Notes under the pieces: model-generated
Told to the model about the DNA's origin: nothing
What the model saw: only the letters and a program-made list of their open reading frames with translations
Databases searched by the model: none
In this document: piece after piece, positions 22,844 through 32,338 of the stretch
Position numbering within the stretch: the first letter of the stretch is position 1
Layout: every line of letters starts with the position of its first letter
Translations under genes and position numbers: made by a program
NCBI GenBank assembly: GCA_963747235.1
Contig: CAVVEU010000040.1
Location: 352,001-416,000 of the forward strand
Source: an uncultured Candidatus Rokubacteria bacterium
GTDB lineage: Bacteria > Methylomirabilota > Methylomirabilia > Rokubacteriales > CSP1-6
Direction of reading: 5' to 3'
DNA: 64,000 bases

Positions 22844-22892
22844 CCCGCCCCCGCCTGGGAGCCGGCTCCTCAGGAGAGAGGAGAGTCCGGCC

Positions 22893-25106
22893 ATGAGCAG
22901 TGACAGCTACCTCACGGGTGGGGGCATCCGCGTCCACCGCACGGTGGAGCCCCTCCCGATGGCGAATGCCATCGAGCCGATCGTGGACGCCCTCGACGCG
23001 CGCCGCGGCGTGCTGCTCGCGTCGAGCTACGAGTACCCCGGTCGCTACACCCGCTGGGACATGGGGTTCGTGGATCCGCCGCTCGCCCTCGTGGCTCGCG
23101 GCCGCCGCCTCCGCGCCGAGGCGCTGAACCCCCGCGGCCTCGTCCTGCTCCCCGCCATCGCCCAGGCGCTCCAGAGCCTCGATCAGATCGAAGGCTTCGA
23201 GCGGACGGACGACGCGGTCGCGGTGACGGTGCGCGCCCCGGCGACGGGCTTCGCGGAAGAGGATCGAAGCCGCCAGCCCTCGGTGTTCTCGCTGCTGCGC
23301 GCGCTGATCGCGCTCTTCCGGCACGCCGAGGAGCCGCACCTCGGGCTCTACGGCGCCTTCGGCTACGATCTCGCGTTCCAGTTCGAGCCGATCCGCGCGC
23401 GCCTGCCGCGCCCCGCCGACCAGCGCGACCTGGTCCTCTACCTGCCCGACGAGCTGATCATCGTGGACCACCGGCGCGAGATGGCCCAGCGGCGCCGCTA
23501 CGAGTTCGAGGCGGGCGGCCGCGCCACCGCCGGCCTGCCCCGCGCGGGGGCGGCGTCGCATCCGTTCACGGGCGCCCTCGCCGTGCCGCGCGCGGGCGAC
23601 CACGAGCCGGGCGCGTACGCGGCGGTCGTCCACGTGGCGCGCGAGGCCTTCGCGCGAGGCGATCTCTTCGAGGTGGTCCCCGGCCAGACCTTCTTCGAGC
23701 CCTGCCCCTCGCCGCCGTCGGAGCTGTTCCGTCGCCTGCGCGAGCGCAATCCCGCGCCCTACGGCTTCCTGATGAACCTCGGGGAGGCGGAGTACCTGGT
23801 GGGCGCCTCGCCCGAGATGTACGTGCGCGTGGACGGCGACCGCGTGGAGACCTGCCCGATCTCGGGCACGATCGCGCGCGGCCGCGACGCCATCGCCGAC
23901 GCGGTCCAGATCCAGGCGCTGCTCAACTCGGCCAAGGACGAGTCGGAGCTCACGATGTGCACCGACGTGGACCGCAACGACAAGTCGCGCATCTGCGTGC
24001 CGGGCAGCGTGCGGGTGATCGGGCGGCGCCAGATCGAGATGTACGCGCGCCTCATCCACACCGTGGATCACGTGGAGGGGCGGCTCCGTCCCGAGTTCGA
24101 CGCGCTCGACGCGTTCCTGGCGCACACGTGGGCGGTCACCGTCACCGGAGCGCCGAAGGCCTGGGCCATGCAGTTCATCGAGGATCACGAGCGGTCGCCC
24201 CGCGCCTGGTACGGCGGCGCGGTCGGGCTCCTCGGCTTCGACGGCAACCTGAATACCGGGCTCACCCTCCGGACGATCCGGGTCAAGGACGGTGCCGCCG
24301 AGGTGCGCGCCGGGGCCACGCTCCTCTACGACTCCGATCCAGACGCGGAAGAAGAGGAGACGCGGCTCAAGGCCTCCGCGTTCCTCGACGCGCTCCGGCG
24401 GCCCCGCGGGGTGGAAGCGGGAACGCGGGTGGAGGCGCCGCGCCCAGGCGCGGGGCGCCGCGTGCTCCTGGTGGACCACCAGGATTCGTTCGTCCACACG
24501 CTGGCGAACTATCTCCGCCAGACCGGCGCCGAGGTGACGACGCGGCGGGCCGGCTTCCCGGCGAGCGTGCTCGACGAGCTGCGGCCCGACCTGGTGGTGC
24601 TCTCGCCCGGGCCCGGCACGCCGGGCGACTTCGATCTGTCGGGGACGCTGAAGGCGCTGCTGGAGCGCGGGATCCCGACGTTCGGGGTCTGCCTGGGGCT
24701 GCAGGGCATCGTGGAGCACCTGGGCGGCGAGCTCGGCGTGCTCGACTACCCGATGCACGGCAAGGCCTCGCGCATCCAGGTCCGCGGCGGGCGCCTCTTC
24801 GCCGGGCTGCCCGGCGAGTTCACCGCGGGCCGCTACCACTCCCTCTTCGCGCTCCGCGAGAAGCTGCCCGCCGCGCTCGAGGTGACGGCGGAGAGCGACG
24901 ACGGGATCGTGATGGCGGTGGAGCACGCGCATCTGCCGCTGGCCGCGGTGCAGTTCCATCCGGAGTCCATCATGTCGCTCGAGGGCGACGTCGGGCTGCG
25001 GCTGCTCCGGAACGTGGTGACCGGCCTGGTCGCGGATCGCCCTAGCGGATCCGCGCCGGCTCCTCCTGCGCTCGGCGGCGCACCCATTCCGGGTCGAACT
25101 CGCTGA
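22893..25106 (+). CDS. trpE: Anthranilate synthase, fused TrpE(G)
   Basis: SSYEYPGRY, NPAPY, CPISGT, DVDRNDKSR, TGAPK; GATase domain DHQDSF, GVCLG, QFHPES. Confidence 0.95.
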   Translation: MSSDSYLTGGGIRVHRTVEPLPMANAIEPIVDALDARRGVLLASSYEYPGRYTRWDMGFVDPPLALVARGRRLRAEALNPRGLVLLPAIAQALQSLDQIEGFERTDDAVAVTVRAPATGFAEEDRSRQPSVFSLLRALIALFRHAEEPHLGLYGAFGYDLAFQFEPIRARLPRPADQRDLVLYLPDELIIVDHRREMAQRRRYEFEAGGRATAGLPRAGAASHPFTGALAVPRAGDHEPGAYAAVVHVAREAFARGDLFEVVPGQTFFEPCPSPPSELFRRLRERNPAPYGFLMNLGEAEYLVGASPEMYVRVDGDRVETCPISGTIARGRDAIADAVQIQALLNSAKDESELTMCTDVDRNDKSRICVPGSVRVIGRRQIEMYARLIHTVDHVEGRLRPEFDALDAFLAHTWAVTVTGAPKAWAMQFIEDHERSPRAWYGGAVGLLGFDGNLNTGLTLRTIRVKDGAAEVRAGATLLYDSDPDAEEEETRLKASAFLDALRRPRGVEAGTRVEAPRPGAGRRVLLVDHQDSFVHTLANYLRQTGAEVTTRRAGFPASVLDELRPDLVVLSPGPGTPGDFDLSGTLKALLERGIPTFGVCLGLQGIVEHLGGELGVLDYPMHGKASRIQVRGGRLFAGLPGEFTAGRYHSLFALREKLPAALEVTAESDDGIVMAVEHAHLPLAAVQFHPESIMSLEGDVGLRLLRNVVTGLVADRPSGSAPAPPALGGAPIPGRTR

Positions 25107-25614
25107 TCTGCCAGCCGCGGTCGGCCTGGCGGCTCATCCGGAACCGGACCGGGCCCTGGGCGGGATCGCGGTAGGTGACCCAGACGTCGGGCCCGGCGCT
25201 CGAGATCTGGAAGGCCCGGAAGACCGCGATGGCGCCCACCGGCAGCACGAGGGCGGTCGCCTGGATGCCGGCCCGCTCCACGCTGCGCCGGATCTCGAGC
25301 CGGATCCGCGTCACCACCTGCGGCCGCACGCGGCGCTTGGCCATGCTGGCCGCGAGCTGGCGCCCGTTCGACTCGGCGGTGGTGGTGGGCTCGGGCTGGC
25401 GCGCGAGGTAGTCGCCCACGATCACCTCGGCGGCGCGGTCGGCGATCCGCTCCACGTCGAAGTAGCGCTCCGCCGCCGCCACGTCGTGCCGCTGCATGGC
25501 CACGCCCAGGCGGTAGAGCGCGTAGCGGGGCGTGGACGTGGCGTAGAAGCATCCGACGGCGGCCAGCACGAGCACCGCGGCCGGCACGCCCCACGTCCAC
25601 GCGCGTCTCGACAT
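25042..25614 (-). CDS. Hypothetical membrane-anchored protein (DUF2939-like)
   Basis: N-terminal TM helix then TPRYALYRL...D..AAERYFD. Confidence 0.6.
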   Translation of the reverse strand: MSRRAWTWGVPAAVLVLAAVGCFYATSTPRYALYRLGVAMQRHDVAAAERYFDVERIADRAAEVIVGDYLARQPEPTTTAESNGRQLAASMAKRRVRPQVVTRIRLEIRRSVERAGIQATALVLPVGAIAVFRAFQISSAGPDVWVTYRDPAQGPVRFRMSRQADRGWQISEFDPEWVRRRAQEEPARIR

Positions 25615-25675
25615 CGCCCGGCCACGCTACCGCACCCCCCGCGGCCCGCGCAACCGAGCCCCGGAAAATCGGCCC

Positions 25676-25732
25676 TTGACCGAGCCGGGCTCCGGATGTA
25701 TTAATATTCACTATGAACAATACATATTCATC
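25676..25732 (+). promoter_or_regulatory. argR promoter with tandem ARG boxes
   Basis: TTGACC -35; TGTATTAATATTCA (25697-25710) and ACAATACATATTCA (25717-25730) resemble TGAAT-N4-ATTCA in an AT-rich patch overlapping the argR start. Confidence 0.7.
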
Positions 25733-26189
25733 AAGCCGGCGGCGGCGCGAGATCCTGGCCCAGGTCGCGCAGGGCGGGGTGCGCTCCCAGGAGGAGCTGC
25801 AGCGCCGGCTGCGGCGCCGCGGGATCGCGGTCGCCCAGCCGACCCTGTCGCGCGACCTCAAGACGCTCGGGCTCGCCAAGACCCCGACCGGCTACGTGAC
25901 CACGCCCGCGGGCGCCTTCGTGCCCGCCGAGACCCGGCGCGGCGCGCTCGACCGGGCGGTGGGCGAGTTCGTGCTCTCGGTGCGGGCCGCTTCCTCCCTC
26001 GTGGTGGTGCGCACGCCGCCCGCGGGCGCCCATCCCCTGGCCCGGGCCCTCGACGAGGCCGATCTGCCCGAGGTGGTCGGCACCATCGCGGGCGACGACA
26101 CCGTGTTCGTGGCCGCCACCGGGCCGGCGACCGCCCGGCTGCTCGAGCGGCGCCTGCGCGCCCCCCTCGGGGCGAGGAAGGGAGCGTGA
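25713..26189 (+). CDS. argR: Arginine repressor
   Basis: SQEEL, QPTLSRDL, GTIAGDDT. Confidence 0.95.
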   Translation: MNNTYSSSRRRREILAQVAQGGVRSQEELQRRLRRRGIAVAQPTLSRDLKTLGLAKTPTGYVTTPAGAFVPAETRRGALDRAVGEFVLSVRAASSLVVVRTPPAGAHPLARALDEADLPEVVGTIAGDDTVFVAATGPATARLLERRLRAPLGARKGA

Positions 26190-26674
26190 GCCGCATGCAC
26201 CACGAGCGGCACGACGGCGACATCCTGGTCAGCACGGATCCGGCGCGGCTCGACCTGGACACGATCCACCGCTTCCTCTCCGGGTCGTCCTACTGGGCCA
26301 CCGGAATTCCGCGGGAGACCATGGAGCGGTCCATCCGCCACTCGATCTGCTTCGGCGCCTTCGACGGCGGCCGGCAGGTGGGGTTCGCCCGCGTCATCAG
26401 CGACCACGCGACGTTCGCCTACGTGTGCGACGTCTTCGTGCTGGACAGCCACCGCGGCCGGGGCATCGGCGGGCGGATCATGGCCTGCATCACGAGTCAC
26501 CCGGAGCTACAGAACCTGCGCCTCTGGACCCTGTTCACGCGGGACGCCCACGGGCTGTACCGCCAGCACGGCTTCCGCGACGCGCGCCACCCGGACCGGC
26601 TCATGGAGCGGCGCGCCGAGCGCCCCTATGCCCTGAGCGCGGCCGGCCACTCACAAGAAGAGAGGACCGCATGA
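26186..26674 (+). CDS. GNAT family N-acetyltransferase
   Basis: STDPARLD..IHRFL..YWA, QVGFARVISD, DVFV..HRGRGIG; overlaps argR (GTGA) and argD (ATGA). Confidence 0.88.
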   Translation: MSRMHHERHDGDILVSTDPARLDLDTIHRFLSGSSYWATGIPRETMERSIRHSICFGAFDGGRQVGFARVISDHATFAYVCDVFVLDSHRGRGIGGRIMACITSHPELQNLRLWTLFTRDAHGLYRQHGFRDARHPDRLMERRAERPYALSAAGHSQEERTA

Positions 26675-27837
26675 GCACCGATCTGACCGCAGTCATGAAG
26701 GTGGCGGACCGGCCCCCCGTGGTCATGGTGGAGGGGCACGGATCCTGGCTCCAGGACGAGGACGGCAAGAGCTATCTCGACTTCGTGCAGGGCTGGGCGG
26801 TGAACTGCCTCGGGCACTCCCCGTCCGTCATGACCGAGGCGATCGCGTTCCAGGCCGGGCGCCTGATCAACTGCAGCCCCGCCTACTACAACGCGGAGAT
26901 GGCGCGGCTGGCGCGCCTGCTCGCGGACCGCGCCGGGCTCGCGCAGGTCTTCTTCTGCAACAGCGGCGCGGAGGCCAACGAGGGCGCGATCAAGCTGGCG
27001 CGGAAGTGGGGCGCGCGCTACCGCGACGGCGCGCACGAGATCATCACGATGGATCACGGCTTCCACGGCCGCACGCTGGCCACCATGGCCGCCTCGGGCA
27101 AGCCCGCGTGGGAGGCGCTCTTCGAGCCCAAGGTTGGGGGCTTCACCAAGGTGCCGCTCGGCGATCTCGACGCGGTCAAGCGCGCGATCACCCCGCGCAC
27201 GGTGGCGGTCATGCTCGAGCCCATCCAGGGCGAGGCCGGCGTCTACCCGGCGGGCGACGACTTCATCCGCGGGCTCCGCGCGGTCACGAAGGAGGCCGGC
27301 ATGCTGCTGATCCTCGACGAGATCCAGACCGGCATCGGGCGCACGGGGCGATTCTTCGCCTTCGAGCACGCGGGCGTCGAGCCCGACATCCTGACCCTCG
27401 GCAAGGGGCTGGGCGGCGGCGTGCCGCTCGCGGCCCTGCTGGCCGCCGAGCCCGTGTGCTGCTTCGAGTACGGCGACCAGGGCGGCACCTTCAACGGCTC
27501 CCCGCTCATGACCGCCATCGGCAGCGCGGTGGTCGAGACCGTGGGCCGCCCCGCGTTCCTGGCCGACGTGGTCGCCACCGGCGAGTACCTGGCGGATCGG
27601 CTGCGCGAGCTGTCCGCTGCCCTCGGCCACGGCGAGGTGCGCGGACGTGGTCTTCTGCTCGCGCTCGAGCTCCGGGGCAAGGACGCGGCGAAGGTCGCGC
27701 GCAGCGCGATGGACCACGGCCTGCTGATCAACGCGCCGCGGCCGGACACGCTGCGCTTCATGCCCGCGCTGAACGTGACGCGCGAGGAGATCGACCAGAT
27801 GCTCTTCTTGCTCTCGGGGGTGCTTCGCGAGAGCTAG
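26671..27837 (+). CDS. argD: Acetylornithine aminotransferase
   Basis: NSGAEANE, FHGRT, EPIQGEAG, DEIQTG, LGKGLGGG (PLP Lys). Confidence 0.93.
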   Translation: MSTDLTAVMKVADRPPVVMVEGHGSWLQDEDGKSYLDFVQGWAVNCLGHSPSVMTEAIAFQAGRLINCSPAYYNAEMARLARLLADRAGLAQVFFCNSGAEANEGAIKLARKWGARYRDGAHEIITMDHGFHGRTLATMAASGKPAWEALFEPKVGGFTKVPLGDLDAVKRAITPRTVAVMLEPIQGEAGVYPAGDDFIRGLRAVTKEAGMLLILDEIQTGIGRTGRFFAFEHAGVEPDILTLGKGLGGGVPLAALLAAEPVCCFEYGDQGGTFNGSPLMTAIGSAVVETVGRPAFLADVVATGEYLADRLRELSAALGHGEVRGRGLLLALELRGKDAAKVARSAMDHGLLINAPRPDTLRFMPALNVTREEIDQMLFLLSGVLRES

Positions 27838-27861
27838 CGTGCCGGCGGGGCGGGGGCCCCG

Positions 27862-28222
27862 CTACCCGCCCATGAACTGCCCGAGTAGCGTGATGCGCTC
27901 GCCGCCGATCAGCGGCGTGTCCAGGTCGTAGGTGACGCCGAGGACCTCGTCGTTGACGAGGACTTCGATGTGGGAGCCGAGCTCGGAGTGGTCGGGGCTC
28001 CAGAGGGCGGCGTCGAGCTCGGGGAAGCGGGCGGTGAAGCGGCGGAGGACCGTGCGCGGGGTGTCACCTCGCCCGATCGGCTTCGTCGAAGAGCTTGCTG
28101 CCGGTGCCGTCGCCGCCGGCGTGCTTGGTCACCCATGTGGTGACTTCTATATGCGCTCGGGACGGTATATCCGCTCGGCTCGCCTTCGGCTGCGCCTCGC
28201 CAGGCAACTGCTTGCTCTCCAC
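27862..28222 (-). CDS. MoaD/ThiS sulfur-carrier protein (frameshift near 28078; missed by ORF track)
   Basis: ...HIEVLVND...DTPL..GERITLLGQFMGG-stop (C-terminal GG); follows the AOR gene; GTG start inferred. Confidence 0.75.
28166..28211 (-). repeat. Intragenic repeat copy 2
   Basis: Reverse complement GCAGTTGCCTGGCGAGGCGCAGCCGAAGGCGAGCCGAGCGGATATA; read QLPGEAQPKASRADI. Confidence 0.85.
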
Positions 28223-28226
28223 CCGT

Positions 28227-30140
28227 CTACTTCTTGCCGTAGAGGTCCTTGGCGAGCCAGTCGAGGTCGAGGGAGCGCAGGAGCTCTTTCTTGGGCTTGC
28301 CGGTCTTGCGGTCGTAGTTGACCGTCTCGTACCAGACCTCGAGCATGCGGTCCCACTGCTTGCGGACGTCGTGCTCCTTCGCGGGGCCGTCCACCGGCTG
28401 CGAGCCATAGCGGGCCGACGGGTACTCCACCTCGGTGCCGATGCCGCAGCGCAGGTTGAAGGCGCGCAGGATCGCGGCGGTGCGGTTGCCGAAGCGCACC
28501 GCGTCGTTCAGACGATAGTCCCAGCCCGTCGCGGCCGATAGCGCGCTGGCCAGGTTCGCGATGCGGGTGCGGAAGGTGAACGAGCAGCCGCCCAGGGAGT
28601 CCTCGAAGTGGCGCCGGCCGCGAATCATGCCGACCAGCTTGGCCACCTGCTCGCCGTCGAAGGGATTGATGCGGCCGGGGGCGCCCACCTCGGTCTGGAA
28701 CGTCGGGTTGGCGCTCTCCATGGTCCCGTTGGACGACGTGCACGTGTCGAGCATCTCCTCCCACCGGCCCCGGTGATCGTGGCCGCGGGGCGAGGCGCCC
28801 TTCATGGTGTAGACCGCGCACTCGGCCGCCTTGCCGCCGATCTTCTCGGAGGCGCGCTTGACGCCCTCGGCCAGGATGTCGCCGAAGCCCTGCCGATGGC
28901 TGATCATCTGGAGCAGCTTGTTGGCGCCCTCGACGTCGCCCCACGTGAGGCGGAAGCCCACCTGCTTCTCGGTGAGGTAGCCCTTCTCCATGCACTCCAT
29001 CACCCAGCCGCAGACCCAGCCGAACTCGTTGACGTCCACGCAGGCGCGATCGATGCGCGTGTTCAGCCAGGAGACCGGGACCTTGTCGGTGAGGCCGATC
29101 GTCCAGCCCGCACCCGACCAGCCCTCGTACTCCGGCTCGTCGACGCGCTCACCCGCGTGCGGACCGCTCGGGATCACCTGGATGTGGCAGTGGCGCATGC
29201 CGCAGGCGTTGCACTGATGCCCGCGGTGATCGAAGCCCTCGCGGAGCTTCCTGCCTTCCCACTCCTTCATGTCCACGTCGCCGGTGAGATTGGTCGTGTA
29301 GTTCTTGATCGGCAGCGCCCCGAGCCTCGAGAGGTTCACCACGCCCGGGAGCGTCCCCAGGTTGTAGAGCGTGGACGTCGAGGGGTCGGTCTTGAGATCG
29401 TGCGCGATGTCGTCGGCCACCTGGATGAGCCCGCGGGCGTCGTGGGCGGCCAGCGCCTTGGTCCCGCGCACGATGCACACCGCCTTGAGCTTCTTCTTGC
29501 CCATCACCGCGCCGCAGCCGTTCTTGGAGGCCACGTGCCCGTAGTCGCCGTGGATGGCCGCGAAGCGCACCAGGTTCTCGCCCGCGGGCCCGATCCCATA
29601 GACCGAGAGCCGATGGCCGGCGAGGCCGTGCTCGGCCTCGAGCGCCTGCTGCGTTTCCCAGGTGTCCTTGCCGGCCAGATGGGCCGCGTCGCGCACCTCG
29701 ACCACGTCGTCGTTGATGTAGAGGTAGGAGAGCTTCTTGGCCTGCCCCTGCATCACGATGGCGTCGTAGCCCGAGTACTTGAGCGCGGCGCCGAAGAAGC
29801 CGTTGGCCTGCGTGGACGTGGCGCCGCCCGTCAGCGCGCCGCGCGTGATGACGGTGAGCCCGCCCGTCCCCCACACCGGCAGGCCGGCCAGCGGACCGGT
29901 GGCCATGATGAGGCGGTTGTCGGGATGGTCCCACTGCACCTTCGGGCCGACCTCGTCGTAGAGGATCTTGGCGCCGAGCCCGATGCCGCCGACGTACTCG
30001 CGCCGATCCGCCTCGCTCCAGGCCTCGGTCCAGGTCTTGCCGGTGGACAGGTTCACGCGGAGGAGCTTGCCGGCATAGGCGTAGATCGGCGTCGCCGCGG
30101 GCTTGGCGGCGGCGCGGGTCGTGGTCGCGGTCGGGCTCAT
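28227..30140 (-). CDS. Aldehyde:ferredoxin oxidoreductase family (W-pterin) catalytic subunit
   Basis: YAGKLLRVNL, ALKYSGYD, GPAGENLV, GAVMGKKKLK, C..C...C, EPEYE, LAEG. Confidence 0.92.
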   Translation of the reverse strand: MSPTATTTRAAAKPAATPIYAYAGKLLRVNLSTGKTWTEAWSEADRREYVGGIGLGAKILYDEVGPKVQWDHPDNRLIMATGPLAGLPVWGTGGLTVITRGALTGGATSTQANGFFGAALKYSGYDAIVMQGQAKKLSYLYINDDVVEVRDAAHLAGKDTWETQQALEAEHGLAGHRLSVYGIGPAGENLVRFAAIHGDYGHVASKNGCGAVMGKKKLKAVCIVRGTKALAAHDARGLIQVADDIAHDLKTDPSTSTLYNLGTLPGVVNLSRLGALPIKNYTTNLTGDVDMKEWEGRKLREGFDHRGHQCNACGMRHCHIQVIPSGPHAGERVDEPEYEGWSGAGWTIGLTDKVPVSWLNTRIDRACVDVNEFGWVCGWVMECMEKGYLTEKQVGFRLTWGDVEGANKLLQMISHRQGFGDILAEGVKRASEKIGGKAAECAVYTMKGASPRGHDHRGRWEEMLDTCTSSNGTMESANPTFQTEVGAPGRINPFDGEQVAKLVGMIRGRRHFEDSLGGCSFTFRTRIANLASALSAATGWDYRLNDAVRFGNRTAAILRAFNLRCGIGTEVEYPSARYGSQPVDGPAKEHDVRKQWDRMLEVWYETVNYDRKTGKPKKELLRSLDLDWLAKDLYGKK

Positions 30141-31490
30141 AGGGCCACCGTTTGGGGGAGCTGGGGTGATTGAGACGGCCGGCCCAGGATGGTCTGGGGC
30201 AGCAGCCGCGAGGTCGTGTGCAGCGCGATGAACGCGGGCTTGATGTCGAACGGATTCGCCTTGAGGTGCGCCTTCCAGGTCGAGCAATCCACGCCCGAGT
30301 AGACGAGGCCCTTCAGCATGCCGACGTCGTTGGTGGTCCACACCGCCTCGGCCGGCCCGCAGATCACCGCGCCGGTCAGACGCCCGCCGTGGAAGAGCAG
30401 CTTGCGATACTCCGAGCGGCCGGCGCGCAGCGCGGTGTAGACCTCGGCCTTCGGGTCCTCCCACTGGCCGAACGAGGCCACGTCCAGATGCGCGACCTCG
30501 ACGATGTTCATGAGCAGGCTGCCGCGATAGGCCACGTCGCGGCCCGTCATGTTGGCGCCGACCACGCGCCCGTGCTCCTGAGCGGTCGGCTCGATGGCGT
30601 GCACCTCGGCCGCGCCGGTGATCAGGTTGCGCCCGCGCGCCACGTCGCCCGCCGCGTAGACGGTCTTGACGCTCGAGCGCAGGTGATCGTCCACGATGAT
30701 CCCGCCGGGGGCCTCGGTGCCCATCTCGATGCCCGAGCCCTGCAGCCACTCGAGGTTGGTCCGGATGCCGGTGGCCATGATCACCAGGTCGGCGGTGAGC
30801 GGCTCGCCCTTCTTGAAGGAGAGCTTCCGCTTGCCGCCCGCCTGCTCGATCTTGGTCACGGTGGCGCCGGTGCGCACCGCCACGTCGTGGTCCTCGAGCC
30901 ACCGCTGCACGATGCCCGCGCAGGCGTCGTCCACCATGCGGGGCAGGATGCGGGGGGCCACTTCCACGATCGTGAGCTTGGCCCCGCGGGCCAGGATCGC
31001 GTTCAGGATCGTGAACGCGATGAAGCCGGCCCCGATCATGACCACGCGGCTGCCCGGCGCGATGCCGGCCACCACGTCCTTGGCCTCGTCGAGGGTCCAG
31101 AAGCAGTGGATCCCGGGGCCGTCGGCGCCGGGGATGGGCGCCTTGGCGGCCCGCGAGCCGGTGGCGATCAGGCAGTCGTCGAACTCGACCTTGGCGTCGT
31201 CGTCCAGGGTGAGAGTCCGGGCCGCCGGGTCGAGGGCCTTCGCCTTCCGCCCGACCAGCGGTTTCACCTTCCAGGCGGTCAGGGAAGCCGGCGGCGCAGT
31301 ATACACATGGCTCTCGGAGATGGTCCCCCAGAGGTAGTACGGCAGGACCATCCGGGAGTAGGGGCGCTCCGCGGAGACCAGGGTGATCTCGGAAGCGTCC
31401 ATGCCGACGCATCCGCTCTTCTTCTCGGATCGTCCGGATCGCGTTCAGCCCCGCGGTGCCGCCGCCGACGATCAGGTGACGGGCCGGCAT
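30137..31490 (-). CDS. FAD/NAD-dependent oxidoreductase, AorC-like (frameshift near 31410)
   Basis: GGGTAG, PYSR, IATG, GAGFI, YAAGD. Confidence 0.88.
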
Positions 31491-31963
31491 CAGCGGGCCT
31501 CCACCGCGAGCACCCGCGCGGTGCGCTCGGCCGCGAAGTCGCCGATCCAGTCGGCGGTCTCCACGTCCTCGAAGGTGATCGCCTCGGTCGGGCAGGCGGA
31601 GGCGCACGCGGGCGCGCCGCCGCAGAGGTTGCACTTGTAGGCCTTCTGGGTGTCGCCGTCGTAGAACATCGTCCCGTAGGGGCACGCGATCGTACAGAGC
31701 TTGCACCCCACGCAGGTGTCGTCCATCACGTCCTTGGCGCCCGCCGCGTTGATCTGGATCGCGCCCACCGGGCAGGCGGTCATGCACCAGCCCTCGGCGC
31801 ACTGGGTGCAGGTGTACGGCGCGTAGGAGGTGTAGCCCTCGAAGGGCGAGACGCGGATCACCGACTTGGACGGCTGGAAGAGGCCGGTCTGCATGTAGGA
31901 GCAGGCCAGCTCGCACCGGAGGCAGCCGGTGCACTTCTCGGGGTGGAGCGCGAGGACTTTCAC
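31490..31963 (-). CDS. 4Fe-4S polyferredoxin, AorA-like
   Basis: CTGCLRCELAC, CTQC..C..CP, CVGCKLC..CP, KCNLC..C..CP. Confidence 0.92.
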   Translation of the reverse strand: MKVLALHPEKCTGCLRCELACSYMQTGLFQPSKSVIRVSPFEGYTSYAPYTCTQCAEGWCMTACPVGAIQINAAGAKDVMDDTCVGCKLCTIACPYGTMFYDGDTQKAYKCNLCGGAPACASACPTEAITFEDVETADWIGDFAAERTARVLAVEAR

Positions 31964-32289
31964 GGTCGGCGACGCTTCCCTTTCCGTCCCGGCGCGGATC
32001 GACTGCGCTCGAGGCGACTGATGAAGGTGTCGAGCGGGATGGCGGGCATCGTCATCATCTGCACCGAGCCGCGCGCTCCCATCTCGATGGAGATGGACGA
32101 GACCGTCTCGTTGTCGGGCGCTTCCAGGATCGTCACGAAGTCGTAGGGGCCGAGCACCGCGTACTGGGCGATGACGCGGGCGCCGCGGCGGGACAGCTCG
32201 CGATTGACCTTGCGGATCCAGCCGGGCCGGGCGTGGAGAACCTTGCGGCCTGCCTCGCTCAGCGTACTCAGCATCACGTAGTGAGCCAC
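31960..32289 (-). CDS. GYD domain protein
   Basis: QYAVLGPYDFVTILEAPD; SD GGAGG. Confidence 0.85.
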   Translation of the reverse strand: MAHYVMLSTLSEAGRKVLHARPGWIRKVNRELSRRGARVIAQYAVLGPYDFVTILEAPDNETVSSISIEMGARGSVQMMTMPAIPLDTFISRLERSRSAPGRKGKRRRP

Positions 32290-32338
32290 CGCGCACCTCC
32301 TCGGAGCGACGAACGGCGCGCGTAGTATAGCAGAACGC

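Noticed and set aside
27844-27870. GC hairpin between argD and moaD
   Set aside because: Probably an ordinary terminator-like structure between convergent genes; no U-tract and no further support
28227-31934. Apparent 1235-aa AOR fusion
   Set aside because: Upstream part is off-frame read-through of the ferredoxin and flavoprotein genes; true AOR start is ATG 30140
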